Positions 20,284 to 30,041 are shown, counted from the first letter of the stretch. The stretch is DNA of 64,000 nucleotides from Omnitrophica bacterium GWA2_41_15 (GCA_919902675.1 CAKKRH010000010.1:38614-102613); one strand, 5' to 3'. Notes: generated from the letters alone by a model not told the origin. A program made the numbers and translations.

Positions 20284-20790
20284 TGTCATTGCGAGCGCTT
20301 TTTGCGAAGCAATCTTTTAACCAACCTTATATCCTATCAGCCAAATCTTCCCATCCCGGGTTCGCTCTTATGATAAGTTCGTTTTTCTTTTGTCTCGATC
20401 CGGCTTTAAGTTGCTTTTCCCTTGAAATGGCTCCCTCTACTTCTTCACAAATCTCATAATAAACCAATTTATTCACGTTATATTTTCGCGTAAAACCTGG
20501 CATTAAGGCGTTTTTATGTTCATAGACCCTGCGCTTTAAATCATTAGTTATCCCGACATAAAGAACCTTGTTATTCCAATTCGTCAAGAAATATACGTAG
20601 TATTGCTTACGTAGCATATTTAAAAAGATTGCTTCGCTTTGCTCACAATCAGACTGTATCATAATAGTAAAATGCGTGTCATTGCGAGCGTAGCGAAGCA
20701 ATCTTTAATTCAGACATCGTCGCAAGTAAGATTGCCACGGTCGCCTTCGGCGACCTCGCAATGACACAAAAGGCTATTATGACACAGTCT
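20284..20790. mobile_element. REP/RPE-like palindrome cluster flanking a GIY-YIG gene, with a nested MITE
   Basis: TGTCATTGCGAGCG...GAAGCAATCT at 20284 and 20677; inverted copies at 20626 and 20729; TIR AGACTGT(A)TCATAA / TTATGACACAGTCT at 20651-20790. Confidence 0.75.
20327..20617 (-). CDS. GIY-YIG nuclease (UPF0213-like)
   Basis: YYVYFL...LYVGITNDLKRRVYEHK...AISREKQLK...NPGWEDL; ATG at 20617 preferred over the ORF-track start. Confidence 0.9.
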   Translation of the reverse strand: MLRKQYYVYFLTNWNNKVLYVGITNDLKRRVYEHKNALMPGFTRKYNVNKLVYYEICEEVEGAISREKQLKAGSRQKKNELIIRANPGWEDLADRI

Positions 20791-20862
20791 AAATGACACA
20801 ATTCAAATACCCTTGCTATGCTTATTCTTCATAAAGTTTCTGTTGATATCTTAACGAACATT

Positions 20863-23145
20863 TCACTCCCCCCAAATCTCTATGTTCCCTTTGCTATGGG
20901 CGTTATTTGCGTGTTCGGCTGTATCCGCGGTAGCAAGCTCCAAGGAAAAGGTGGTGCCTTGCTTGTAGATAGAGCTCACCTGAATCCTGCCTTTGTGGTT
21001 TTCTGTGATTATCTTCTTGATTACATAGAGGCCTAAGCCGGTGCCTTTGCGATTAGATATTTTAGTGGTAAAGAAAGGGGTAAAAACCTTCTTTTGGTCT
21101 TCTTCTTTAATCCCCAAGCCGTTGTCGTGGACGATTATTTTGGTAACACGGTTTGCGGGATCGGGGATGGCGACTATCTTAACCTTGCCTCTATATCCGG
21201 GTTCTTTAAGAGCGGCTTTGCGTTCGTTCATCGCGTCGTAGGCATTATCAATCAGATTGAAAAAAACTTCCTGTAATTGGGTAAAGTTGGCCTTGAGGTT
21301 GGTTTCCTCTTTGGGGTAGTTTCTTTCAATATCTATCTCATTAAGCTTGATTTTAAACTGGAGCATTTCTAAGGCGGCGTTAAGCAGCTCATCTAAGTTC
21401 ACTCCCGCGAAACCTGTTTCGCCTTTACGGGTGTATTTAAGCATTCCCCGGACAATATCTCCTCCCTGTAAAGAGTTGGACTTTATCCTTTGAGCCGAGT
21501 GTTCTAAGTAGGAGAGCAGTTCTTTAATCTCAGAAGAGGAGTTTTTGCTATCGGAACTCTTGATACAGTCTAAGGCATCACTGGCAATCAGGGACATGGC
21601 GTGAAAGCGATTGTTCATCTGGTGTGATAATCCGTCAGCCATAGTCCCCAAGGTGGCCATCTTCTCGGCCTGAGAGATTTGCTCGTGGGTTTCCTTGGCG
21701 CTTTCAAAGAAGCGGGCATTTTCTATGGCTAAACCGGCCTGACTGGCCAAGACCGTGAATACCCTTAAGTCATCCTCGGTATAGATAGAGCCGGAGCGCT
21801 TTTCCCCTAAAACCATAAAACCCAACAGGTCATCCTCAATAAAGCTGGGAATGACTACCGAGGCTGAGAGCGTATAAAGCTGGGCCTTTAAGAGATTATC
21901 CAGATAATTCTTTTGATATCTGCCCTGCTCTAAGGCCTCATCAAGTATAGGCATATCATCCCGGCCGGAGGAATTATTGGCAAGCTCTTCCAATAAAAGA
22001 GGGCTTTTGGAACTTAGGAGGTACCGAATCAGAGGCGAATCCAGGCCTATGGTTTGGATTTGGTCCATGTTTAGGCTCCCCCGGCTTGAGCCTAAGATAT
22101 AGCCGTCAGCTTCTTTGTTTAGGATATAAACCGCGGCGTGGTTAAGGCGCACGGCCCTGGCTACGGTATAAACTATCATCTTCAGGAGCTTGTTTATGTC
22201 TCTAACCCGGGTCATCCCTAAAGAGGCCCGCTTTAGGGTATCCTGATAACGGCGCTGTTCTTTAAGGATCTCTTCCTCCGCTCTTTTATTCAGGTAGATA
22301 TAGATAAACGGGCCGGTGGTAGCAAAGATGGCCATTAAACCCAAAGGAACCATCCACCAGCTAACTCCCCACACGGCGGACAGCCAAGGCTTAAACCATA
22401 TCCCTAATGCGAAAGGTATCCCCAAAACAATGGTATAGACCGCAATAAAAATACTCGCCCGGGTAATGGCTAGCCGAATATCCATCAGACGATAGCGAAT
22501 AATGGAATATATCAAAACCAACATGCAGGCAACAACTAAAAAATCGTGCGGGAAAAACTCTGGAATATTAAAAGAGGTAGAAAAATGAAGTAACCCACTA
22601 ATAAAAGCAAGAAAAAACCCTAAAAAAACATACTTTAGTTGATTCCTCCTGAACCCTTTCGCTTCTTTATACGCGATAAAAAGTTTATGAAAGCAATATA
22701 AGCATACTATTCCAAAGAATGCGATAAATAATAAGTAGATTAAACCGCCTCTTATAGTAAAATATGGCTTAAATAAATTTACTTCTTTTATAAAAAATGA
22801 AGAGGTCAAAAACGGCAAAAAGAAAAATATGGAAATAGCAAATGATAGCCTAATCAGATTCTTCTCATGACTAATCTTCTCCAATTCCAAGATTGTCAAG
22901 CCGAAATTAAGAAAGAATGGCGCGGTAAATACAGCTGCAATATACACTAATCTAGTGAAGAAAAGAGAATTATTTATTCCGCCCACAGCCGCCATAAATG
23001 GAAAAGCGCACCATATCCCAGCGCAAATGATAATTGGTATTATTGCCCTGCGCGACTTATCATGCAAACCATTAAATAAAACAAATAAAGCCAAAATAAT
23101 TGAAATTACAAAAGCGCTCAAAGAAGATATGGTATAGATATTCAT
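20863..23145 (-). CDS. membrane sensor histidine kinase (7TM-type N-terminus, GAF, HisKA, HATPase)
   Basis: Multi-TM N-terminus ending IIRYRLMDI; GAF; H-box LSHQMNN; NLIDNA; DNGLGI; PFFTTK; GTGLGL. Confidence 0.9.
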   Translation of the reverse strand: MNIYTISSLSAFVISIILALFVLFNGLHDKSRRAIIPIIICAGIWCAFPFMAAVGGINNSLFFTRLVYIAAVFTAPFFLNFGLTILELEKISHEKNLIRLSFAISIFFFLPFLTSSFFIKEVNLFKPYFTIRGGLIYLLFIAFFGIVCLYCFHKLFIAYKEAKGFRRNQLKYVFLGFFLAFISGLLHFSTSFNIPEFFPHDFLVVACMLVLIYSIIRYRLMDIRLAITRASIFIAVYTIVLGIPFALGIWFKPWLSAVWGVSWWMVPLGLMAIFATTGPFIYIYLNKRAEEEILKEQRRYQDTLKRASLGMTRVRDINKLLKMIVYTVARAVRLNHAAVYILNKEADGYILGSSRGSLNMDQIQTIGLDSPLIRYLLSSKSPLLLEELANNSSGRDDMPILDEALEQGRYQKNYLDNLLKAQLYTLSASVVIPSFIEDDLLGFMVLGEKRSGSIYTEDDLRVFTVLASQAGLAIENARFFESAKETHEQISQAEKMATLGTMADGLSHQMNNRFHAMSLIASDALDCIKSSDSKNSSSEIKELLSYLEHSAQRIKSNSLQGGDIVRGMLKYTRKGETGFAGVNLDELLNAALEMLQFKIKLNEIDIERNYPKEETNLKANFTQLQEVFFNLIDNAYDAMNERKAALKEPGYRGKVKIVAIPDPANRVTKIIVHDNGLGIKEEDQKKVFTPFFTTKISNRKGTGLGLYVIKKIITENHKGRIQVSSIYKQGTTFSLELATADTAEHANNAHSKGNIEIWGE

Positions 23146-23151
23146 TACTGT

Positions 23152-24720
23152 TTATTTCTTTTCCCTGGTTAAGCTAATACCTTGCAAATGAGAGGTCTTC
23201 TGCCAGACATAATTCATCTCTCCATAGGGCCCTCCGGACTTTCCTGTTCCCCCGTGAGTAGACAAGTAAGACGAAAAATCCACATGACGAGAGTTAATTC
23301 TCAGCAATCCGCTGTTATTGATATATCTCACAAATTTCCTGATATACAGATTCGACTTGGCCCAAACAGAAGTCCGCAGGCCGTATTCGTTGGAATTGGC
23401 AAAATGCATCATGGTCTCAAATATCGCATTATCTGAAGAACCTTTAATCCTGACAATGGGTAATAAAGGAAAAAAATTCTCCTCCTTTATACAAAACATA
23501 TCAAATGCGTTCTTATATTCTTCAATCACTATAACTGTAGGCTGCAGGTATGCGCCTTTTTCATCTTTAAATCCTTTATAATTTATTCTATTCCCTCCAA
23601 AAAGTTGCTTTGCGCCTTTAGTCAACGCATCATCAAGAAAGATAAAAAATGAATCCGCTAAAGCCACAGGAGAAAAACAAGTTTCCGGATCCGATGGAAG
23701 ACCCACCTTCATTTTCTTCACCTGCCTCACAAATTCATCTGTGAATTGTTCGTATATGTCACTATGCACTATTGCCGCCTTAGGCACCATACATATCTGA
23801 GTGGAGCCTAAGAAAGCATCCATGAGCGCACTGATGCTTCCTTTTAAATCCGCGTCTTTCCAGATAAACATCATATCATTTCCTGAGAGTTCTAATATCG
23901 GTTTTTTACCTGCCCGCACAATCTCTTCTGCCAGTAATAACCCTTTTTCACTCTTGCCGAAATAGAGTATATCATTCACATAAGGACTTTCCAGCCACTC
24001 CCGAGTTATTTTATCTGAATTACCAACCAGTATATTTAACGTTCCATCGGGGGCTCCATTATTTCTTAAAGCCTCCCCTACAACTTCTTTCCATAAAAAT
24101 ATAGCTGAAACCGGGGCACGCAAAGGAGGCTTAATAATTAGAGAATTTCCGCTTAACAAAGCAAATCCCGCGATTAAAGAACTACTTGCCGCCGCATTTT
24201 TAGGAGGGCTTACGCAAACTACCCCATCAGGCTTACGGGCCCAGTATACTGTTTCATCACCGATTTTACCCACTTCGCGCCACAACTCATCTTTAAAGAA
24301 ATCCAGAGACTCATCTCTATATGCCTTTTCCATTCCTGAAAATTCCCATTCGGCTAACTTCCTAGGATGGCCCTCAACTATAAGCATTTGAATAAATTCC
24401 TCTTTTTTTTCCAAAAGCTTCTTATGAACATCGCCTAATATCTTTCTTCGCATTGACAACGGCATATATCGGAATGTATTGCTTGCGTTATACGCGGACT
24501 CAATCGCCTTTAAATTTGTATCATCCTTTCCGACACAATATTTAGCATAAATATACTCTCGTGCCTCTTCGTTTTCTTCAGCCATCTGGCCGAGTTTTAG
24601 CTGAGTAATAATTCGGTAAGTGCCGCGGAAATCGGTTATCAGCTTGTCCGTATAAGGAAAATACTCATATATGCCGGTATCCAAATCTTTACCATTAACA
24701 AAAAGGGTGAATTTTCTCAT
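23152..24720 (-). CDS. divergent aldehyde dehydrogenase family protein
   Basis: LELSGND, QICM catalytic Cys, EENFFP, ANSNEYGL, GGTGKSG; start at 24720 (MRKFTLFVNG) with RBS. Confidence 0.8.
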   Translation of the reverse strand: MRKFTLFVNGKDLDTGIYEYFPYTDKLITDFRGTYRIITQLKLGQMAEENEEAREYIYAKYCVGKDDTNLKAIESAYNASNTFRYMPLSMRRKILGDVHKKLLEKKEEFIQMLIVEGHPRKLAEWEFSGMEKAYRDESLDFFKDELWREVGKIGDETVYWARKPDGVVCVSPPKNAAASSSLIAGFALLSGNSLIIKPPLRAPVSAIFLWKEVVGEALRNNGAPDGTLNILVGNSDKITREWLESPYVNDILYFGKSEKGLLLAEEIVRAGKKPILELSGNDMMFIWKDADLKGSISALMDAFLGSTQICMVPKAAIVHSDIYEQFTDEFVRQVKKMKVGLPSDPETCFSPVALADSFFIFLDDALTKGAKQLFGGNRINYKGFKDEKGAYLQPTVIVIEEYKNAFDMFCIKEENFFPLLPIVRIKGSSDNAIFETMMHFANSNEYGLRTSVWAKSNLYIRKFVRYINNSGLLRINSRHVDFSSYLSTHGGTGKSGGPYGEMNYVWQKTSHLQGISLTREKK

Positions 24721-24830
24721 AAACCATCCTCTCTTCCCATGGCAAAACAGCCTTGCGCCAGACATTTCTGCTTTTTAATATTGTTTCTTGATTGGCTGAA
24801 GTTTATTTCTACGATATCATTATTCTCCAT
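24717..24830 (-). CDS. 37-aa small ORF coupled to the ALDH gene
   Basis: MENNDIVEINFSQSRNNIKKQKCLAQGCFAMGREDGL*; GAGG RBS; ATGA overlap with the ALDH start. Confidence 0.5.
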   Translation of the reverse strand: MENNDIVEINFSQSRNNIKKQKCLAQGCFAMGREDGL

Positions 24831-24851
24831 AATCAAACCTCGCGCAAATAA

Positions 24852-24885
24852 GAAGGCCTTGCGTTATATTCGCGCAAGGCCTTGT
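24852..24885. terminator. hairpin, putative terminator
   Basis: AAGGCCTTGCG / CGCAAGGCCTT inverted repeat. Confidence 0.5.
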
Positions 24886-24940
24886 TGTTTTATTGCTTTT
24901 GCCTATATTTGAGCTTCTTTTACAAGATTTATTTATTTTC

Positions 24941-25219
24941 TTATTTTGTATCTTCATTTTCCTTCTTTCCCGGCTTCTTTTCATCCCGGGCTTCCCGTTG
25001 GGGAGCCGGACTGGGCTTCCTTCTCTCCCTGCCCTGCTGCTGGTAAACTATCTTCTCATTTATCCAGCGCTCGATGTGCTTACGGTGGAATCTCCAGTCC
25101 GCGCCGATCTTAAAGGCCGGGATTTTTCCTTCCCTAGCCAGCTTATTCACCGTAAAAGGGTGCAGTTTGAGGAAATCACTGACTTCCTTGGTGTTCATTA
25201 TGTCTTTAGCCTTGTCCAT
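24941..25219 (-). CDS. excisionase-like HTH_17 DNA-binding protein, copy 1
   Basis: IMNTKEVSDFLKLHPFTVNKLAREGKIPAFKIGADWRF. Confidence 0.85.
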   Translation of the reverse strand: MDKAKDIMNTKEVSDFLKLHPFTVNKLAREGKIPAFKIGADWRFHRKHIERWINEKIVYQQQGRERRKPSPAPQREARDEKKPGKKENEDTK

Positions 25220-25221
25220 AC

Positions 25222-25641
25222 CTACAATTTCGCGTACGCGCAAATTTTCCGTAGAAATAAATATATATCTTCTATGTCCTTAGCTAGAACGCTATAGACC
25301 TTTTTAAAATCGATTGTTTCGTATTCATGGATAATAATGTTTCTAAAGCTGGCCATTTTACTTAATTTCTCCCCTAACTCCCGGCTGATTATCTTGTGCT
25401 CGGCCAAAACATCAAATAGTTCTGCCAAGGTCGCGGGAACTGCCCAGCCGGCATCAGAAATTATATGGCTGGACATATCAACGCATCCCTGAATAGCCAA
25501 CTGCAGATTATGCAGAACTATATCCTGCAAATCAATATTCTTTTTAAATTCATCAAAGCCGACCTTTTGCTTTTCCTTAAGGCGGCTGAGACTATTCTCA
25601 ATACGGGCTATTTTGGCTTTTATGATACTTATATTTACCAT
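25222..25641 (-). CDS. HEPN/DUF86 (HepT-like) RNase toxin
   Basis: RNIIIHEY (RX4H-Y), LQLAIQGCVD. Confidence 0.9.
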   Translation of the reverse strand: MVNISIIKAKIARIENSLSRLKEKQKVGFDEFKKNIDLQDIVLHNLQLAIQGCVDMSSHIISDAGWAVPATLAELFDVLAEHKIISRELGEKLSKMASFRNIIIHEYETIDFKKVYSVLAKDIEDIYLFLRKICAYAKL

Positions 25642-26069
25642 TACGCGGCTTTATTAATTTTTGATAATATACCTTCTTCGATTCTATTCTTTATGGGCAG
25701 AAAGTCAAAATACTCCACTATCGCCCTGGCCTCAAAACCGCGCTCGTTTCTATCCGCCCTCTCGTAAACCCTCAGGCCGTTTTTCAAAACATTGTATTTT
25801 AGAAAGGAACCTGCCCGGTTTAAAACTACCACATCCGCCTCCCGGCCCAGAAGCCGGCCTAAGTTGACAGCCAGGTCTATTTGCTTATCGGTATAATCTT
25901 CGGGATTCACCATCTTATCAAACAACACCGCTATATCTATATCGCTGTATTTATGAGGACTACCACCGACATATGAGCCAAAAAGGTAAGCCGCCAAAAT
26001 CGTGCTTTCCTTCTTAAAAACACTGCTTATTTTCTCTAATTCTGTTTCACCAAGCATAGATATCCCCAA
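25641..26069 (-). CDS. minimal nucleotidyltransferase (MntA-like) antitoxin
   Basis: YLFGS-x10-DIDIAV, DVVVLN; directly upstream of the HEPN gene. Confidence 0.9.
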   Translation of the reverse strand: MGISMLGETELEKISSVFKKESTILAAYLFGSYVGGSPHKYSDIDIAVLFDKMVNPEDYTDKQIDLAVNLGRLLGREADVVVLNRAGSFLKYNVLKNGLRVYERADRNERGFEARAIVEYFDFLPIKNRIEEGILSKINKAA

Positions 26070-26118
26070 ATGCCTGCCGCCTCATCTTAAAAAACCAGGA
26101 AAACCGCGCCCTCAAACC

Positions 26119-26355
26119 TTAAAGTAGCGGCTTATCGAGTTGCTTACCAGGATTTCTTCTCTCCCTGCCCTGCTGTTGATAAACGATCTTCTCGTTTATC
26201 CAGCGCTCGATGTGCTTGCGGTGGAATCTCCAGTCCGCGCCAATCTTAAAAGCGGGAATCTTTCCTTCCCGGGCCAGCTTATTCACCGTAAAAGGGTGCA
26301 GTTTGAGGAAATCACTGACTTCCTTGGTATTCATTATGTCTTTACCCTTGTTCAT
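26119..26355 (-). CDS. excisionase-like HTH_17 DNA-binding protein, copy 2
   Basis: 63 aa identical to copy 1; GAGG RBS before the ATG at 26355. Confidence 0.85.
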   Translation of the reverse strand: MNKGKDIMNTKEVSDFLKLHPFTVNKLAREGKIPAFKIGADWRFHRKHIERWINEKIVYQQQGRERRNPGKQLDKPLL

Positions 26356-26390
26356 CCTTACCTCATTAGATAAAACCAAACACAATTATA

Positions 26391-26419
26391 AGTATACTAA
26401 ACAAGCAAATACTTGTCAA
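26391..26419 (-). promoter_or_regulatory. sigma70 promoter
   Basis: TTGACA (26419-26414), 17 bp, TATACT (26396-26391). Confidence 0.7.
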
Positions 26420-26445
26420 GAAAAATAAAGCACACCAAAGAAAAA

Positions 26446-26469
26446 GCCGAACCATTTTCCTGGTTCGGC
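26446..26469 (-). terminator. intrinsic terminator
   Basis: GCCGAACCA / TGGTTCGGC stem followed by a T-run on the minus strand. Confidence 0.6.
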
Positions 26470-26617
26470 AGATAGTAAAGAGCTCAACCCGGTTATTTCA
26501 CATTCCACAGAGCAATCTTCCGCGTCCCGGCTCCTTATGCTCAACAAATAACCCCTATATTTATGCTCATTCTCCCCTGGAACTTCAAAGACAAAGAAAT
26601 CCTCACCCGTATGGGAA

Positions 26618-28894
26618 TCATTTTGTAGTAATGCTTGCTGTTTTGGAGAAATCCGATGCTGATGAGCCTTTATAGGCCCGGACCTTAAAATAATAGGTAG
26701 TTTTGCTTTTCAGGCCGTGCATATGCATAAAGGTTGTATTCTTTCTATACTTCGGCTTGCTAACTGAGTTCTCTGAGCCGCTTTTCCAGAAATACAGCTC
26801 AAACCCGTCTTCATTACTTGAGTTATCCTGCCAGCCTACCTTGAGTGAACTATCCCAGTTTGTGGACACCCTAAGATTTGAAGGAGCTTTTGGTTTTATC
26901 CCCGTATCCTTAGCCGGAGTGGTAATTGTGGCGGTGTTGGAATAGCTTGAATTCCTGGATTCGCTGGATTCCTTATAGGCTTTAACCCTGTAGTGGTATT
27001 TGGTATTGGCCTCTACGCTTGCATCGCTGTAGGTTTCCTTATTTCCTTCAGCAGAGGCAATCTGGGTAAATTGCTCTGTGCCTTCCTTCCTGCGTTCTAT
27101 CCTGAAGCCGGACTCATTAACAGAGTTATCCTCCCAGGTAAGCACAACAGAGCTTGAAGAAGCCGCCCTGGCCGAAAGATTGGTTGGCGCGCTTAATCTC
27201 TGATTGTAGGCATTACTCCCCGTGTTCACTGATACCGTATTTGAATATTCCGATTCTACCGAGCCTTTATAGGCCTTGACCCGGTAGTAATAGGTAGAAT
27301 TGGAATTAAGGATTACGGTATCATGGCTGGTGGTTCCTGCCTCTACGCTGGCCAGCGAGCTAAAGGATCCCGAAGAGCCTTGCCTGTATTCAATCTTAAA
27401 TCCATCTATCGTATCATCTGAATCATATTCCCAGCTCAAGGTAAGCCCGGATGAAGAGGTGAACTCCGCGCTTAAGCTTAAGGGAGCGCTAAGAGTAGAC
27501 ACGCTCAGTGTGGCGCTATCCTCGCTTGACCAGCGGCCGTTATTATCCTTGACCTTGAAATAAATAGTATGCTCACCCTTGGAAAGGGATGAGGTTGTAA
27601 ATGAGCTATCTGAACTTAGATCCCCATCAAGGCTTGAGCGCCAGGAATACGATTCTATACTGCCGCTGTTGATCTTCCCTGAGCCGCTAAATGATACCGA
27701 TTCTCCCTTATTCACGCTGCCTGAGCCTGCCGAATCAATAGAGGCGATAGGCGGATCAAGGCTTAGGGTGCCGTCACCTAAGAGGGTAATCCCATTAAGA
27801 TTACCGCGTGAGCTTGAGAGGTATTCTTTATTGAACCAAATTTTATACGCCTCTCCCAGAGTTTTCCTTTGATCTTTTCCTAAGGGGGGATAAAAATAGG
27901 AATACATTGTTATGCCGCCGGCATTAGTGGTCCCCAATGACGCCAATCCGTAGGTTTTTGAAAAAATGTAATGGCCGCCTAAGTAATTATCCGTATTATA
28001 CGCCGACGAGGTGCACGCAAAAAGAAGATAAAATAAGGATTTAGGGTCGGTATCGCGCACATCAGAATATTTTACCAGCCTGTTCCAATTATTTTCGAAT
28101 AAATGCTCATGCGCTGTTGAATGCGCCATTATATGTATCCATTCGTAATTATCTTTAAGCCTTTGCTTGTAGTCTGTATAGGAAGTGGCGCTTTTATCGC
28201 TAACAGTAGTAACATCCAAGTAGGCCTTGTCCAAATACGATTTTGAGGTATACCAATCATCATCTGGATAAAATAGGGCACGCTTTGTGATGGATAGTTC
28301 TCCCCTGCGGTATTTTTTATTTTTGTCGAAATAATTCTTTAGTATGCCGGCTTCATCCATATCGCTGCGTTCCACGGTTGAGGCGGTTAATCTTCCAAGC
28401 CATATCTCGGTTCCTATGTCTCCTGAGCCAGCGGTATGGGAATCATAGTATCCGTCGCCAAATATGTTATCCGACCACTGACCATCTAAATCCATATAAA
28501 ATATATCCGTAGGGAAGGGGTATTTCTTTTTGTATTCATCATAGTATTCTTGAGTTGTTTCGCAATAATAGGCGATGGGCAAATCACCGATAAACATTAC
28601 TCCTTCAATGCCGGAATTGTCATAACAGCTTTTGATATAGTTTTTTAATTCTTCTGCGGTACCGTCAATGAATTTTGCCGCGCTTACCTTATAGCTTTCA
28701 GCTTCTAAATCCGAGATGTATTGGCTTAAGGCCTTATTTACCGAGCTATAGATATCGGAATTAACCAATACAAGGATATTCTTACTCCCCGTCTGTGAGG
28801 CATATATCTCGTCATATTGGATTCCGGCTGATACCGAAGACGCGGCGCACAAAAGTACCGATAGGCTCATTATATAATATAATTTTGTTCTCAT
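26618..28894 (-). CDS. secreted C25 (gingipain-like) cysteine peptidase with PKD and three FN3 domains
   Basis: Signal peptide; FIGDLP, DIFYMDLDG, EIWLGRL; His (MAHS) and Cys (FACTS) dyad; LLGD; APxNL...W...YYYRVKA FN3 repeats. Confidence 0.7.
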   Translation of the reverse strand: MRTKLYYIMSLSVLLCAASSVSAGIQYDEIYASQTGSKNILVLVNSDIYSSVNKALSQYISDLEAESYKVSAAKFIDGTAEELKNYIKSCYDNSGIEGVMFIGDLPIAYYCETTQEYYDEYKKKYPFPTDIFYMDLDGQWSDNIFGDGYYDSHTAGSGDIGTEIWLGRLTASTVERSDMDEAGILKNYFDKNKKYRRGELSITKRALFYPDDDWYTSKSYLDKAYLDVTTVSDKSATSYTDYKQRLKDNYEWIHIMAHSTAHEHLFENNWNRLVKYSDVRDTDPKSLFYLLFACTSSAYNTDNYLGGHYIFSKTYGLASLGTTNAGGITMYSYFYPPLGKDQRKTLGEAYKIWFNKEYLSSSRGNLNGITLLGDGTLSLDPPIASIDSAGSGSVNKGESVSFSGSGKINSGSIESYSWRSSLDGDLSSDSSFTTSSLSKGEHTIYFKVKDNNGRWSSEDSATLSVSTLSAPLSLSAEFTSSSGLTLSWEYDSDDTIDGFKIEYRQGSSGSFSSLASVEAGTTSHDTVILNSNSTYYYRVKAYKGSVESEYSNTVSVNTGSNAYNQRLSAPTNLSARAASSSSVVLTWEDNSVNESGFRIERRKEGTEQFTQIASAEGNKETYSDASVEANTKYHYRVKAYKESSESRNSSYSNTATITTPAKDTGIKPKAPSNLRVSTNWDSSLKVGWQDNSSNEDGFELYFWKSGSENSVSKPKYRKNTTFMHMHGLKSKTTYYFKVRAYKGSSASDFSKTASITTK

Positions 28895-28913
28895 GGCAAT
28901 GCCTCCTTATAAA

Positions 28914-29864
28914 TTAGGGACTAGTCTGCATGATTATTATCGCGTTCTCGGCTATATTTATAGACTTTTCCCATTGCAGCATAAGCATGTTTTCGGCCGG
29001 TTTATCCTTCTTAAGCATATCTGTATATTCAACAATCTCGGGCAGGGCGCTGGTATCATTAATCTTAGTTAAAGAGTTTATCAACGCGTCCTTATACAAC
29101 TGGTCGCCGTAAGTTTTCAATTCATAAAGAAGTATCTTTACGGCTCGGTTATCCTTTAGTTTTCCTAGGGAATTTACAATCGCGGTCTTAACTCGCATTT
29201 CTTTTTCATCCTGTATTTTATCAAGCAGACTGCCTACTCCATAGGGGTGGTTTAACTCTCCCAGGGCCCAGGCTGCTTTCTGCCGCGCGCTTATATCTTT
29301 GTCAAAAAGCGTCAAGGAGAGTTCGAAAACCGCCTGCTCATCTTTAATCTTGCCCAGCGCCTCGGCAGAATTGCGCCGGATATAAGCGTTTTCATCTTTG
29401 ATAGCGGATAATAAAGCCGGGATTGCTTCTTTATCCCCGATCCTGCCTAAGATAAAGACAATCTGTCCTTTAAGCGGGATATCCGCGCTTTCCAGGCCTT
29501 GGCATAATAAAGGCACAGCCTCTTTGCCTAAGGCAGTGAGCTTATCCGCAGCCTCCTGACTTATCTCAAAGTCATCGTTCCCTAAATCGGCAATCAAGGA
29601 TTTGATTTTTTCTTCTGATTCTAAAGAAGTGATAGCATCTTTAAAGCCGCCATTCTTCTCTTGGGAAGACAGTAGATTTACCTGCCCTGCGGATTCTATT
29701 GCTTCTTCTTTCCGCTCTTCCTTAGGGGAATCTATTGCTATGGGTGAGAATGAGGTATCTTTTTTACCGGGATTGTTAGCTAAGGAATATATGTAATACA
29801 GAAATAGTATATTGATTATAATAATTAATCCTAAAGGAGCGATTATCTTCTTAAATATCTTCAT
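28914..29864 (-). CDS. membrane-anchored HEAT/PBS-lyase repeat protein
   Basis: N-terminal TM helix; repeats such as IRRNSAEALGKIKD and ARQKAAWALGEL. Confidence 0.8.
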   Translation of the reverse strand: MKIFKKIIAPLGLIIIINILFLYYIYSLANNPGKKDTSFSPIAIDSPKEERKEEAIESAGQVNLLSSQEKNGGFKDAITSLESEEKIKSLIADLGNDDFEISQEAADKLTALGKEAVPLLCQGLESADIPLKGQIVFILGRIGDKEAIPALLSAIKDENAYIRRNSAEALGKIKDEQAVFELSLTLFDKDISARQKAAWALGELNHPYGVGSLLDKIQDEKEMRVKTAIVNSLGKLKDNRAVKILLYELKTYGDQLYKDALINSLTKINDTSALPEIVEYTDMLKKDKPAENMLMLQWEKSINIAENAIIIMQTSP

Positions 29865-30041
29865 TATTAGTATTTTTAAAAGTGTTTAATAAGTTAGTAA
29901 CAAAATAAGCTTTGCTGCTTTCTAATGTTGCCTGCTTTGTTTGGATTTGTTTCCTCATTCTAAGAAAAAGTATAACATCAAAGCTTTATAAAAACAATGG
30001 CATTTCAGAGGTTTCAGGAAAACGCTTTCTTTAAACAACTT

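Noticed and set aside
20618-20701. N-terminal extension of the GIY-YIG ORF (MLRYARND...)
   Set aside because: It is translated REP sequence; the ATG at 20617 fits the family length.
24941-26385. Prophage or ICE indicated by excisionase-like genes
   Set aside because: No integrase, phage structural or conjugation genes in the window.
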